From assembly GCA_000182565.2 (NCBI GenBank), contig KQ257450.1: a stretch of 64,000 bases of DNA. One strand, 5' to 3'. Numbering within the stretch: position 1 is the first letter of the stretch; every line of letters starts with the position of its first letter. Under the pieces are notes generated by a model, which saw only the letters and a program-made list of their open reading frames with translations, was not told the DNA's origin and made no database searches. Of the stretch, positions 23,339 to 35,609 are shown one piece after another. This DNA comes from Spizellomyces punctatus DAOM BR117. Lineage: Eukaryota. Both the position numbers and the translations under genes were made by a program.

Positions 23339-26300
23339 ATGAAGGTGCCTCTTAAACTTTTGAAGTTCGTTCAACAATGCCGTTGGCTGGCAAAGCAGGC
23401 GAGCAACCGGCAGCGCAACGAGACCGACATACGACAAATCCTCGTGAGATGCGCACGCCGGTATCCTGGTCGTGGCCTTTACTACGTTGCCAGCGTATCA
23501 GGAATAGAAAACCCTACTTTCACGACCTATATGGAACTTCTCAACCGGGCGGTTCTCATCTCCAGCTTTCTGAAAGCGAAAGGTCTATCTCCCGGTCGTG
23601 TAATAGTTCTCTACTTTAACAACCACCAGGACAACATCGAATATTTTTGGGGGGCATTGTTTGCGGGCTTGTTGCCCTGCGTGCTAGGGCCTCTCAACCC
23701 CAGCGTGCCAGGAAAGAATAGCAAGATGGTCTCCTACCTCCACCGCCTGTTGAACAAGCCAATATTTCTCACACGCCAATCACAATGCGCTGACCTTACC
23801 AAAATGACCGAAGAAGATACACTCGACGTCCTTACTGCCGACGAACTCGAATCTAAGGTAGCTGTCATGACGAAGAGAACGCATTCGCATAGACAAAATG
23901 GCGGATCCGCGTACGACACGACTTTGCTTCTTCTTACCTCCGGCTCGACTGGCATGCCCAAGGCTGTGGAGCTGACACACGGCAACATTTTCGCCGCATC
24001 GCAAGCTAAAACGGCCTCTTACAACCTTAAATGTGATGATACGGTGCTCAATTGGGTTGGGTTCGACCATGTGGCATGCGCCGTTGAGAATCATATAACC
24101 CCCATGTGCGTGGGAGCAAATCAAGTGCACGTCCTGGCTCCCCTGCTTATCAACGATGTCGGCTCTTTTTTCAAAATGATTGAGCATTATGGTATTACCC
24201 TGACATTTGCCCCAAATTTCCTTCTTGCAAAGATGAACGCTTGTCTGCGAGAGAATATGGAGCAATATCGAGGAAAGCTCGATTTATCTGTTTTGCGACG
24301 GATCAACTCTGGCGGGGAGGCAAATGTGGTAGAAACAGGTCAGCAGCTACTGGAAGCGTTGGAGAAGGCCGATGCACGTTTTGCCGGGTGCATTACACCT
24401 GGATTTGGCATGACCGAAACCTGTGCTGGATGCATATACAATCTTGGCTACCCGTTTGTTGATGCTGGCAGAGAACTGGCTAGTGTTGGCCGCTGCGTGA
24501 AAGGAGTTCAGATGCGCATTGTGGACAAGGATGGGAAGGAGACATCATCAGGGAGAGTCGGAGCGCTACAGATTCGCGGCCGTATGGTTTTCAAAGGATA
24601 TTTCAACAATCCTGTCGCCACTCGCGGATCGTTTACCGATGGCTGGTTCAAAACCGGGGATTGCGGGTTTGTAGTAGATGGAGTACTTACATTGACCGGT
24701 AGAGCCAATGATAGTATTATCGTAAACGGCATCAACTACGGCACATCCGAACTTGAGAGACACCTGGAGAGTGTCCCGGGCATCACAAAGTCATTTGTGG
24801 CTGTCCTTACAACTCGCCCGCCAGGTTCAGGTCACGAACATTTGGCCATCGTTTACCTTCCCTCATTTGCCTATCCCGACGACGAAGAGACCCTAGTAAA
24901 AACCCACGCTGCTATCCGTGAGCGCACTGTACTATATTGCTCCAAAGTCCCCGAAATCATCCTTCCATTGCCACAAAAAGCTATGGAAAAAACATCACTC
25001 GGCAAGCTCCCTCGTGGCCAACTACGGAAGCAGTTGGAAGGAGGTGGCTTTGATTGCCATCTGTCAAAGGTTGAAGAAATCTTGGCAAAACGACGACAGG
25101 TTCTGAAAGCATCACCGGCAACCCCAGCTGAAAGTACTCTGGCGACATTTTGGAGCCATATTTTCGGGGTTCCTCAAGAAAGCTTGGACGCGGAGGAGAA
25201 CTTTTTTGAGCGTGGCGGTTCGTCTCTGGAAGTAATAAGGTAAATAGGTGTCACTACGAGGACATGCGACTTCCTTATTGGCGCAAGTATATTCATTGCT
25301 ACTATTTCGTCTGATCTGTGCAGATACAAGTCCATGATCGTTGAGCATTTCAGCCTTGACGACAACTGGCCTGTCATAAGGATCATGCAATATCCGACCA
25401 TCCGCAGCTTGGCTCATCATCTTACATCGGAGACGCAGTTCGCTGAGAATGTAAAACCAAATTCAAATTACGATCCCCTCATATGTTTGCAACCAACCGG
25501 CTCCAGGACACCTATCTTCTTTATCCATCCTGGAGTGGGAGAGGTTCTCATTTTTGTCAACCTGGCAAAGTATTTTATCAATGAACGCCCTTTCTATGCT
25601 CTTCGTGCCCGAGGATTCGACGAGGGTCAGACCTATTTTGAATCAATGGAGGAAATGGTTGAGACGTACACACGCGCAATTGAGCGGAAGCAACCTCATG
25701 GGCCGTATGCCCTTGCAGGATACTCTTACGGAGGTGTTGTAGCATTTGAGATAGCAAAAAAACTCGAAGCCCGAAATGCAGAGGTCAAGTTCGTTGGACT
25801 GGTGAGTTGCTTTTAAGAAACCTCAGAATTATTCTCCAGCTGATCACATGGATATACTAGGTGAACATCCCCCCTCATATCAAGTCCAGAATGTTGGAGA
25901 TCAATTGGACAGATGGCTTCCTTAATCTCTCATACTTTTTAGAATTCATTACAAAAGCGGAGGCAAAGGAGCTCGCTAGCCAGCTTCTCCCACTGTCTCG
26001 CCGCGAGCAACTAGACTACGTGTGGCATCGTGCCCCAAAGGCTCGAAGAGCGGAGCTAGGTCTCGATGTGGAACGCCTGGAAAAGTGGGTTGATCTCGCC
26101 CAATCGCTGCTTGCCTGCGGTCGCGCTTATGAACCCTCGGGAATGGTTCGCGGCTGCGACTTGACTGTATTCTATGCGGAGCCTCTTAAGGGAACAAAGA
26201 CGGATTGGTTGGTGAACCAATTACAGGACTGGGCGAACTATGCCCAACAAAACGTTCAGTATGTTGAGGTGCCAGGGTCCCATTATACGTTAATGAATCA

Positions 26301-26361
26301 ACTATACGTAGGACACTTTCAAAAAATTTTTAAAGATAGCTTGGCTAAAGCTGGTCTTTAA
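23339..26361 (+). CDS. NRPS-like A-T-TE quinone synthetase (atromentin/polyporic-acid synthetase type), 959 aa, 3 exons
   Basis: A domain LTSGSTGMPK, NWVGFDHVA, SGGEAN, GFGMTETCAG, WFKTGD, KTSLGK; T domain FFERGGSSL; TE HPGVGEVLIFVNLAKYF, GYSYGG, NIPPHI, HYTLM. Introns at 25240-25323 and 25802-25860. Confidence 0.96.
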
Positions 26362-26716
26362 ACGACATGTTTGTAATTACTTGATTAGATTTGGGTTAGG
26401 ACTATTGCAAGGTTGTCATTCTAGATATTTGTAGTCAGATCCAATATGCAAGTGTCCATCTTTGAAGGGAAATGCGCTAAATTCCTAAATGCATACTATT
26501 GGACGTTAGATAGTAGGTATGGATGCTGAGTAGTAAGTATCACGAATCAAAGGACATTTTGAACAGCGTTCTCCAAGTGAAATGCAATGACATTCTGATA
26601 TATGAATGGTATATGCAAATAATTCTATTTTGAAAAAAAAAAAAAAGAAAGAAAGAAAGTAAGCTGTTGCGTATAATGCCGCTGGAGCTGATATGATCCC
26701 ATTATAGAGCTGTAGG

Positions 26717-28152
26717 TCAGATTTTGTGTGACGGGAAAAAGGCAAGAATAGGATCACCGTCACGCAACCCACAACCTCCAACAAGAGCTGCTCCCCCCAA
26801 AAGCCTAGGACGGAGGCCTTCCCAATACCAGAGCTGCATGTCATCCGGTGAATATGACGGAGAAAGCGGTATGTCTTCGTCCATTCTCGTCCGTTTTCGA
26901 GGCGGGCCTTGTTCTGACGGACCGTCCACAAATTTCATGTAGCGCAGAACGAGTTGCTTGAGGGACGAAATCGACATATGAGAAAGGACCGGGATAGGAA
27001 TACTCCATAATCGCGGTGGTGGAGACGGAGGCCGTGGCGCGGAGATATGCGGAATCGAAGGCTTGCTGTCGTGCATGATAACGGATATCCACACAACTGC
27101 CACATCGTCTTCCGGATTGGAGTTTGGATTTGAAAGTAGAGTAGGTGCAGGTTCAGCTTGTGCACTTTCCTGCCACGCCAGCGCGGCAGACAAGTCCGCA
27201 TCCTCCGGTGAGGAAAAGTCTGAAGATGGTGTCGGTGGCAAGAACGAAACAGGCATTGAAGTTCTGTTGTGACTTTCAAGTGTCGCCGGCGAACACGTAT
27301 TGAACTCGGGCACCACCAAACGCTCCCCTAGTGGCTGACAGATCAGTGGAGATGCCGTATCAGGAGCTGCCGACCAAACGACATCTTCATGCGTTTGAGA
27401 AACGGTTTCGCCCGAATTTGGGCCTAAGAGTAGAGAATTAAGCCAATCGTCCTGGGATACACACGAGCCGTCTAGATCCGAAGATACACTGGCAAGCGGT
27501 GAATCTGTTATGCTCTTGCCGTCCCCGTCACTTGTCGAGAACGAAGAGCCATTGAGACCCGAAGGTGGGCTCGCGCAAGCCAGCATTTCTTGAAGGGTGG
27601 TACAGCTTTCAAGCGGAGCATCCTGAGCAATCTTGCAGTTGGGTATATGGGACGCCGCCTGTCGAAATCGCGCCAAGTTTCTGAGAATGACATAGCAGCA
27701 AATTAAAGAGATGATAGAGCGGACCTAAACAATAGGAAAAAAAAAGTTTGCGCAGCTCCTACCTTCCGCAAAGGCAATGCCAATGTCTGGACCGCTTGGT
27801 TTCCCGATACACACAAGGGTACCACTTGCAGGCGAGACAAACCTTGTCCCCTATAAGCGAACCCAAGGAAAACCATTTAGATACTCAGCGTAATGATGAG
27901 AACACGCGGGAGGTAAGGCTCACCGACTATCAGTAGCTCGGAATCCCTTTTGGCATGGTCTTCATGTAGATGAGGGCCTAGATATTTGGCGGCCATGGGG
28001 TCTCCACAAAGTGGACATTGGATCTGAGTATCATCTGCAAAAGGGGAATATGAACCGGGCAATACTGAGATTAATGACAGAAAAAAAAAAAAGAAAACTA
28101 TTGGGCTCAGGCAGCCAACTGTTCGCTTCATCACTGAAGTTGCAAGAACCAT
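26717..28152 (-). CDS. Putative zinc-finger protein with a Ser/Pro-rich middle and a C-terminal ubiquitin-like domain (start and exon junctions uncertain)
   Basis: CPLC...HLHEDH, then CLACKWYPC...HWHCLCGK...HIPNC; C-terminal SISSLKQLV...MQLWY...CGLRDGDPI resembles a ubiquitin beta-grasp fold. Confidence 0.5.
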
Positions 28153-29031
28153 TCACAATGCTGTGTACCTTGGATCAAGAAGACTGCTGTTGTTGCAGTT
28201 ACAAAATCTGAGAGTGGGATCCACGAGGTGTAGCGTCGTCTGGCGACAAGGGGATTGTGTGGATGAAGTTGAAGCATTTTGGCCAGGACAATTTCAGTAA
28301 CGGAGGACAAGCGGGACGTTGAGGAATTTTATAAAGCAAACCCCATATGTTCGCGCCCTGTGGCAGCGAAATAGGTATGCGCAGCAACGGCCTTTGCCAT
28401 TAAAAGCTCTTCCCGACATCCTTTAGCCCACGTTTGCTGCTTGTTGTTCTTTACTATAGTACTCTCCATCCAGTTATAGAAAATCAGAGGTGAAATGGAT
28501 GCGACGACCTAGGGACCAAAGCGCGGGTATGCTGCGGCATGCATTTTTCAGCCTGGTCATTGCCATCATCTATACCATATCCGTCTTGTTTGACGAGTAG
28601 GCGTTAGGGCTAAAAAATGGAGGGAAGACGGTGGGCGGAGGCGCAATGGGGGAATCCAAGTAGAATCGCAAAAACCTTTGGAAGTTCATCGACAGCTTTT
28701 TGCTTATCTAACTGGATTGGAAGGAAAGCCACGTTGTCGGGTCAAAATTTCGGATATTGATCGGAGGCAAAACGTAAGCAAAGCAAGTGTTATTATCCAA
28801 GAAAGTAACTTTGGGCCAAAATCCACACTTGTAAGGCTTTGAAACCGCTTTGCACCCAGAGTTTCACGCAAAAGAAGTGTTCCAAAAACGCGTGGGCAGT
28901 TGCCGTCAAGATACGAAAAACAGCCGAGAATGACACTTGACAGGTATTTGGCGCAGCAGAATCTGGTAAAATGAATGTGGCCGCCATTAGAAAAAACAAC
29001 TCGTGGCAAGTCACGGCTGGCTGGGGGGGCA

Positions 29032-29046
29032 GTGGACGGAGTGGAC
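29032..29046 (-). promoter_or_regulatory. Cluster motif (GTCCAC TCC GTCCAC) in the divergent Zn-finger/phosphate-carrier promoter
   Basis: Exact match about 130 bp upstream of ATG 29178. Confidence 0.6.
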
Positions 29047-29177
29047 CGGAACAGATTAGCGCCATCCGCTTCTGCTTTTTAATCGACGGCCCCATTCCTC
29101 CTCGAGTGACAATTCCCTTTTGTTGACTTTTTTATTTTATTCCAAAACCTCTTACAAACCGGTTACCTATTTTAGAC

Positions 29178-30465
29178 ATGTCTGCTGCAGTCAAGTGGGA
29201 TGCCCGTTATGCAACCGCTGTTCCGCATGACAACGTATACTATGCAAAGTGCTTCATGTCAGGCATCCTCGCCTGTGGGTTGACACATAGCGCTATTACG
29301 CCACTCGATGTGACAAAGTGTAGTATGCAGGAAAGTGTTCTTTCACCCGTCACTGGCTGTTACGCTTGTGCAAGGAAACTTAACCTTTTGTCGATGTTAT
29401 AACAGGTCAACCCTGCCAAATACCGCGGTCTCATCCCTGGTCTTCGTACCATCGTGGCCGAGGAAGGTGCCCGGGCTGTTTGGAAAGGACTGGTTCCAAC
29501 AGGTGCGTCCCTCCTTTGCGTCCCTTTGCATGTCTGCGTATGAGCCAGTCAGCGGCGCGGTCCAACCGTCTTGCAATATACAGCTATCGGATACTCTGCT
29601 CAAGGAGCTTTCAAGTTTGGTCTCTACGAGTATTTTAAGGACTTTTACTCCAATTTGGTTGGAGAAGAGAATGCGAAAAAGTACAAGCAACTCATCTGTA
29701 AGTGTCCCTCTCCTCATTTGTTCATCCGTTCTGCTCCGGTAACAGTTCTTTACAAAACAGGGTGTGCGGGTTCGGCTTCATCAGAGTTCTTTGCCGACAT
29801 TGCATTGTGTCCTATGGAGATGACAAAAGTCAAAGTGCAGACATCTCCTGCAGGAACCTTCCCGACGGCGTTCGCCCCCGCACTGAGGGAAATGGTCGCC
29901 AGACGGGCGGAAACGCGCTTCCCCTTTGGCTCTCTGGTGCCGCTGTGGGGTCGACAGTAAGTAGAGCATTCTGGTTTGATTGGGCATGCTGGTCACATCT
30001 AATAGTTAAATATTCAGAATCCCCTACAATGTCTCCAAGTTCTTCTTCTTTGAGCAGATCGTGTCGTCCTTCTATACATACGTCCTGACAGAGCCGAAGG
30101 ACTCTTACTCCAAAACCACACAGCTGGGAGTGACCTTCACCTCTGGATACCTTGCCGGTGTGATCTGTGCCTTAGTCTCGCATCCCGCGGACTCGATCGT
30201 GTCCCTCATGGCCAAGCCCGACAACAAAGGGAAGAGCGTTGGGCAAATCGCCCGCGAGACGGGAATGAAGAGACTGTTGACTGGGGGCCTTGGTACCCGT
30301 GTGCTCATGATTGGAACCTTGACGGGTGAGTTCACATGCATAATATATAGTTGCTACCACTTTACTGAAATTTGACTCTTTGCAGGTCTCCAATGGTGGA
30401 TTTATGATACCTTGAAGACGGCAATGGGCATGGGCACAACAGGTGGTGCGGAACCCAAGAAATAG
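29178..30465 (+). CDS. MIR1: Mitochondrial phosphate carrier
   Basis: [72 protein letters not shown]. Confidence 0.95.
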
Positions 30466-30928
30466 AGGATTAGCCCCCTCTAAGTAACCTTGTGGTAGAG
30501 GATAGAAGCCTGTTTAGAAAGGGACGTTGGATTGTGAAAAGTGATATATATTCCCCATATTGATTTATTCGCCAACTATACAGCCCAGGTTTGAGGCTCT
30601 GTCTGAATGTTTTTATAAGAAAACAGTAGCTGGGTTGCAAATTGCACAGGTAGGTACAGAAGCGAGATCAAAGTTTCTTTAGGGTTATGTATTATACTCT
30701 CCATATTCAACGCCGAATGCACTGGCGTCTATTCTGAAGAGCATCACGGCAACTGGTCAGGCTGCATTGATTTAACAGTTTCTGGCTGACGGACCTTGGT
30801 TTGGTGGAGATCATAAACTTCAGAGTTTTTCATCTGTCAGCTAGGATGTCTAGCGTAATGGAGCTTTCCGTCAACAAATTGTTTGGATCAGTCACGGTGC
30901 TTCAACGTTTTCATTACTATATACAAGA

Positions 30929-33089
30929 TCATGCAATGTCATCTCCGTACAGCAGTCGACGGCTCATACTCAGCTTAACGTCATCTTCAGCCATTTCTGT
31001 CATCGGCGTGGCAGGTCCAGCATCCTGCATCGGTTCAGATTTAAGGATACCTGATCCAAAGGGCCCCAGTCGCGCCTCTGATCCCTGCAAGCACTTTAGC
31101 GTCCTTTTCTCCGTTGGACTCAGTTCCTGAACAGTGGTTGTCCCCACCGTCGATATTTGATCTGGGACCCCCCTTTTCTTCTTTTTTCCTTTGCGTTTTT
31201 CTTCCGATGGTTGCTGTAGCCGCAGTTTGACGGTTTGAAAATACTTTCGCTGCGTCCTTTCGGTCCATGGTGAAAGAACGCCGCCGACCACGAGTCCCGC
31301 GCAGCCGTAAACAAAGATCAGTGTATATGCCTTTTCGGTCTTTGCCATCATGGGTATCAGAACCGCAGCAGACAGATCGATTCCAGCGCATGCAACGGCA
31401 TAAGGGCCGCGGACACACTCTGAAGAACTGCGTGCAATCATGAAATTAATGTGCAAAAAGAGCGCCGATATGCATCCGGCTAGCGCCGCGCCATGATGAC
31501 CCCCGTCCGTCGACTCTTGCAGCACTAGTGAGCCATGTCGGATCAGTCCCAGATTTGCTGCTTGTATGAGAAGGTAACAGAGTGTAACGCAGATTTGTTG
31601 CCGTCTCGGACGGACTTTGCCTAAGCCGGGGATCCATGTCAACCCTAATGCAACCAAACATGCGCCAGGGATGATAGCACCAAAGCCCATGAGCATCCAA
31701 AAATCTAAAGGCTCGTTGCTGTGGTACCTGAGATCAACAGATGTGAACTGGTTGATGATAATGGCCGCCGAAGCTCACCACTTTGCAAATACTTACTTTA
31801 CAAATAATCCGAGAAATGATAACCAAGCGGATGCTATAGTCGAAAGGTAAGTGATTCTCGCATCGACTAGTGAACTCCCAGAGTACTCGATGCAGAATCT
31901 TCTTTCTAGATCCGCATCATCAAACTTTTGTGCCATGGCTAACCGGTACTGCCGAAGAACATGCAACTTGGCGGCCGTCATCCATGTGGGTATAAGCCAG
32001 CATCGAGATCGACCGTCCCGCGAAATTTCAGGCAGAGAGTTATTGGCGCTTGAGCTGCCGTCAGGTGCAAAGAGGTAACTGATTTTTGTTCGCCACTCCC
32101 GTACATAGGCTGACCGCAAAGTGAGGACAACACCGAGGGCTAGCTGGAGAGCAGGTTCCCAGTCACCGCCAAACAAAAATGCTGGAGCAAAGATCCAGCG
32201 GGCTGCAATCCGCCCACAAATTAGATATACAATCGACGTGAAAGCCTTGTATCGGAACTCGACTTGTAAGCCGACGATCGAAAGCCACGTAATGCCCAGT
32301 TCTGTAGGTGCAAGCATCCTGGCATTCGCCAGAGGAACATCCTATCACAGTTATGATGAGTGCACATATCCAGTATGAGAAGCTCATAGTTAACGCTTTC
32401 CTTACAGGAGTAGCAAAATACTTTAGTCCTCCTACAGGAATCGCAACATAGGCAATGCAGAGGAAAATGAAGAAAAGCAGACATAGGAGTGCAGATGAGA
32501 AGGTCGGTGATGGCCATTGAAGCCGCATTTGGAACAGCAGTAGAATAATGGCAAGCAGTGGGCAGGCCAGCATGACCTGCATCTGGCATATCAAAAACAT
32601 CGTTCCGCCGGCGAAAGCGGACAGAGTTTACCCACCCAGATTACGTGAAACATATATCTTCCATCAAGTTGACCATGATTCTCAGCGGCCCTGGCCATGG
32701 CGACATTTCCAGCGCATGCGCAACTGGCGATAACTGTGAACGAGATCTTATTGAGTGTTCACGCGTTTGCCCCGTCTGCAGTGGGTGCGGGACGCAGTTC
32801 TTACACATGACCATGATAGTATTGCGTCTCCATCTCGGCCAATACAGATGGGTGAACCTTTGGAAAATGGCAGTAGGTTCGCATCAGTGAACCTCTACGT
32901 GTTCTTGCTAAAAGAGCAAACACACCTGTCAGCAGTATCAGAGTTCTGAAATCTCAAGGAAACTGTGGAAATCTTCTCTCGATCATTTCCGTCATGTTCC
33001 ACAGTACCCAAGTCTTCAGTCCCGAGGATCAGGCCACTCAGGGCCTGTGGGAGACCTTTAAACGACATTGATGGCGGCCGGGTTTTCAT
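30929..33089 (-). CDS. Multi-pass membrane protein of unknown function (multi-exon; boundaries approximate)
   Basis: Consecutive hydrophobic ORFs (32163-32600, 31793-32317, 30929-31696) forming two TM bundles, with a FDDADLERRF linker and a basic C-tail. Confidence 0.6.
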
Positions 33090-33904
33090 GATGACAGATC
33101 AGGCAGAGTAGGACATGATGGGGTTTTCACAGGTATTCACTTCCGATCGGACTTTTGAGCGCGGACGCTTACGTAAGCTGCATTGATCTGTCAATCTGGT
33201 CCCCTGGACTTTTCCCTGGTGGAAGCTTCCATTTCGCTACCCTAACCTTCCTGGTTGGCGTCCCACAGATCCTGATTCAGCGCATATCTACTTTTAGCAT
33301 TGCGCTTCATCGAACTTGATGAGGTTTTCTGCATTGAACACCTCCTCATATTCTATTAATAGTTTTTCAAAGGGACCGTTCATTCGGGTCTCCGTTTCGT
33401 TGGTAATTATCGTTTCTATTGCGAGGCACGTGTGCAAGATACAGCGACCGCATATCCAAGGAACCCAGGATGCCATGAACAATAGATGCATCAGCCTTGA
33501 TACATTATTACATCTATTCATTCAACTCGCGGCGTTCTTCCAGAAGGGATACGGAAGTAGATTGGATAATTAGCGATTTACTATTCGGGCAACGTTCCGT
33601 CAGCCGGTGGCATTTACCATTCCGTTGAACTTTCTTAAAAATAACCATCACAGCCTCATTTTTTTGTGATGACAATATTTGCGGCTATCTAGAAGGGCAA
33701 GATGCAATTATGAAAGCCGCAAATAGCGGAACTCTGGATGGGTATCCAAGGTGGCGAATGAACACTTGACAGATGTCACAATGAGGCGGTTTTTCTTAGC
33801 AATCGAGAAGCGATTAGACGGATATAAAGGAGAAAGAGATGTCCTCTTTTTCCTTTCTTCAGCAAATTCAAGTTCCCTATCCCTAGCGACGTGTACAGTG
33901 CAAG

Positions 33905-34966
33905 ATGAGCTCAGTGTCGCTTCCTCCGTTCCTCTCGGCAACGTTGCTCATCACGATCCCGGCACTCGGCTTTCTAAGTCGAGGTCTAAACCGATGGATT
34001 CCCAATAACGGCGCTGATCAGAAAAAGAGGCTACGAGGAGTCACGTTCATCGCGTTCGGTATACTTCGCTCTGTGATCCTGGGATTGGGGTTGTGGAAGG
34101 CTCCCGAGTTCTTTGCGAACTGGTTCACGCCCACGAACGCGTCAGAAGAGCTCCAGAGCATCATTCTGTATACGACCGGGCTGTATTGCTCTATGCTGAG
34201 TAGGCATCCTTTCATTGCGCGGTATTGCTTCATGTGGCCTTGCAACTTACATGTGATCTTGTAGTTTACGAGTTAACCGTGAATGATCTCTCCTGGGTTT
34301 CCATTTTGCACCACACCGCAGCGTTGATCGGCAACGGCATCCTTCTCGTTGGCGTCGAGTTGCACCCTCTGTACCCTTTCTTCGTTCACCTCTACAGGAT
34401 GGGAACTTTAATGGCGACACCAATCTTCTTTTCCATTGCATATTTCTATCTTGGGCAGGATAAGAAGCCAGCCCTTCGATTGAAACTGAGCTCTCTTCGC
34501 CTCACCTGCGTTGAGTTGAACATCGCTTGCATCATGTCAAACTCGATTGGATTGGCATTCTACTTTACTCACTTCAAGTCGTTACCGAACATTTTGCGCG
34601 TCCTCCTTCTGGTTTGCAACGCTGCCTTCATTCCCGAACAGATTCAAACCAGCAAAGTTATGGGACAGGTAGATATTGATGAAGGTTTCATGTTGACGCT
34701 TAGGATATATTCTAATCATAGTTTTGCAGTGGCAACGAAAACTCTCCATCGAAATCAAGAGACGCCTATCAAGTCCAGTGCTGACGACTTTCCCCGCCCT
34801 CTCTGCCTTGTCCATGTCCTCTGCAATCCAGAGGCCCTCTTCCCCAATCAAGCGTGTCCGAATGACCCACACAAAGTCTCTGTCTCTGGATATGTCAGTG
34901 ATCAGCCGTCGTCCGTCCTTGGCCCACTCTGCTCTACCTCTCGCCTCTCCTGCAAGCGCTGCATAG
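33905..34966 (+). CDS. TLC (TRAM/LAG1/CLN8)-like membrane protein, 3 exons
   Basis: Spliced YCSMLIYEL...WVSILHH motif and several TM helices. Confidence 0.65.
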
Positions 34967-35609
34967 AATTCTTTCTGTTCATATCTGCTTTATTTAGATC
35001 GTCCGAACCTATTACCTACTTGCAGCCTATTAAGCTTAGATTTTACTTATTGTTCTAGTAGATTCAGGCTGGTGGCCCTACTTTTTGTCGGATGTATCAG
35101 CTTACCTATTAGGCTCTTAACACTCGTTTCTTTCGGGATCAATAGATTTTAGATTTTAAATTTGAATGAAAAACTTATAAATGTTCTCTATACTGCTTGT
35201 GATTTCTTAAAGTGGCCGTGTCTGATGCAGTTGACTTGAAGATCATTCCTACTATAGTGACCCAACAGAATGTGCTGGTTCTTCAAACAAAAAAGGCATT
35301 AGAATATTCAAGGCCCCCGTCACGCTGAGCACTGCGAACACTCTAAAAGTTCAACAAACTCAAAGTTAAGCGTCAATTCTAGCAACCGTCTCAAGTATAG
35401 GCTCAAAGTTACTGCTCGGAGCTTCCCGCTGACATAATCATTAATCGATTCTGAATAAGGCTATATGAGTACACATGCCGTGAGTGACTGTGCCTGGGCC
35501 TGTCGGTGAGTCAGCATGATGTGTCGCGCATCATCGCCTAAAGTTGGAGTTTGTCTTCCTTTTCCCTAATTCACAGTTCAGGACCTCGCACTACATTCAA
35601 AGACCTAGA

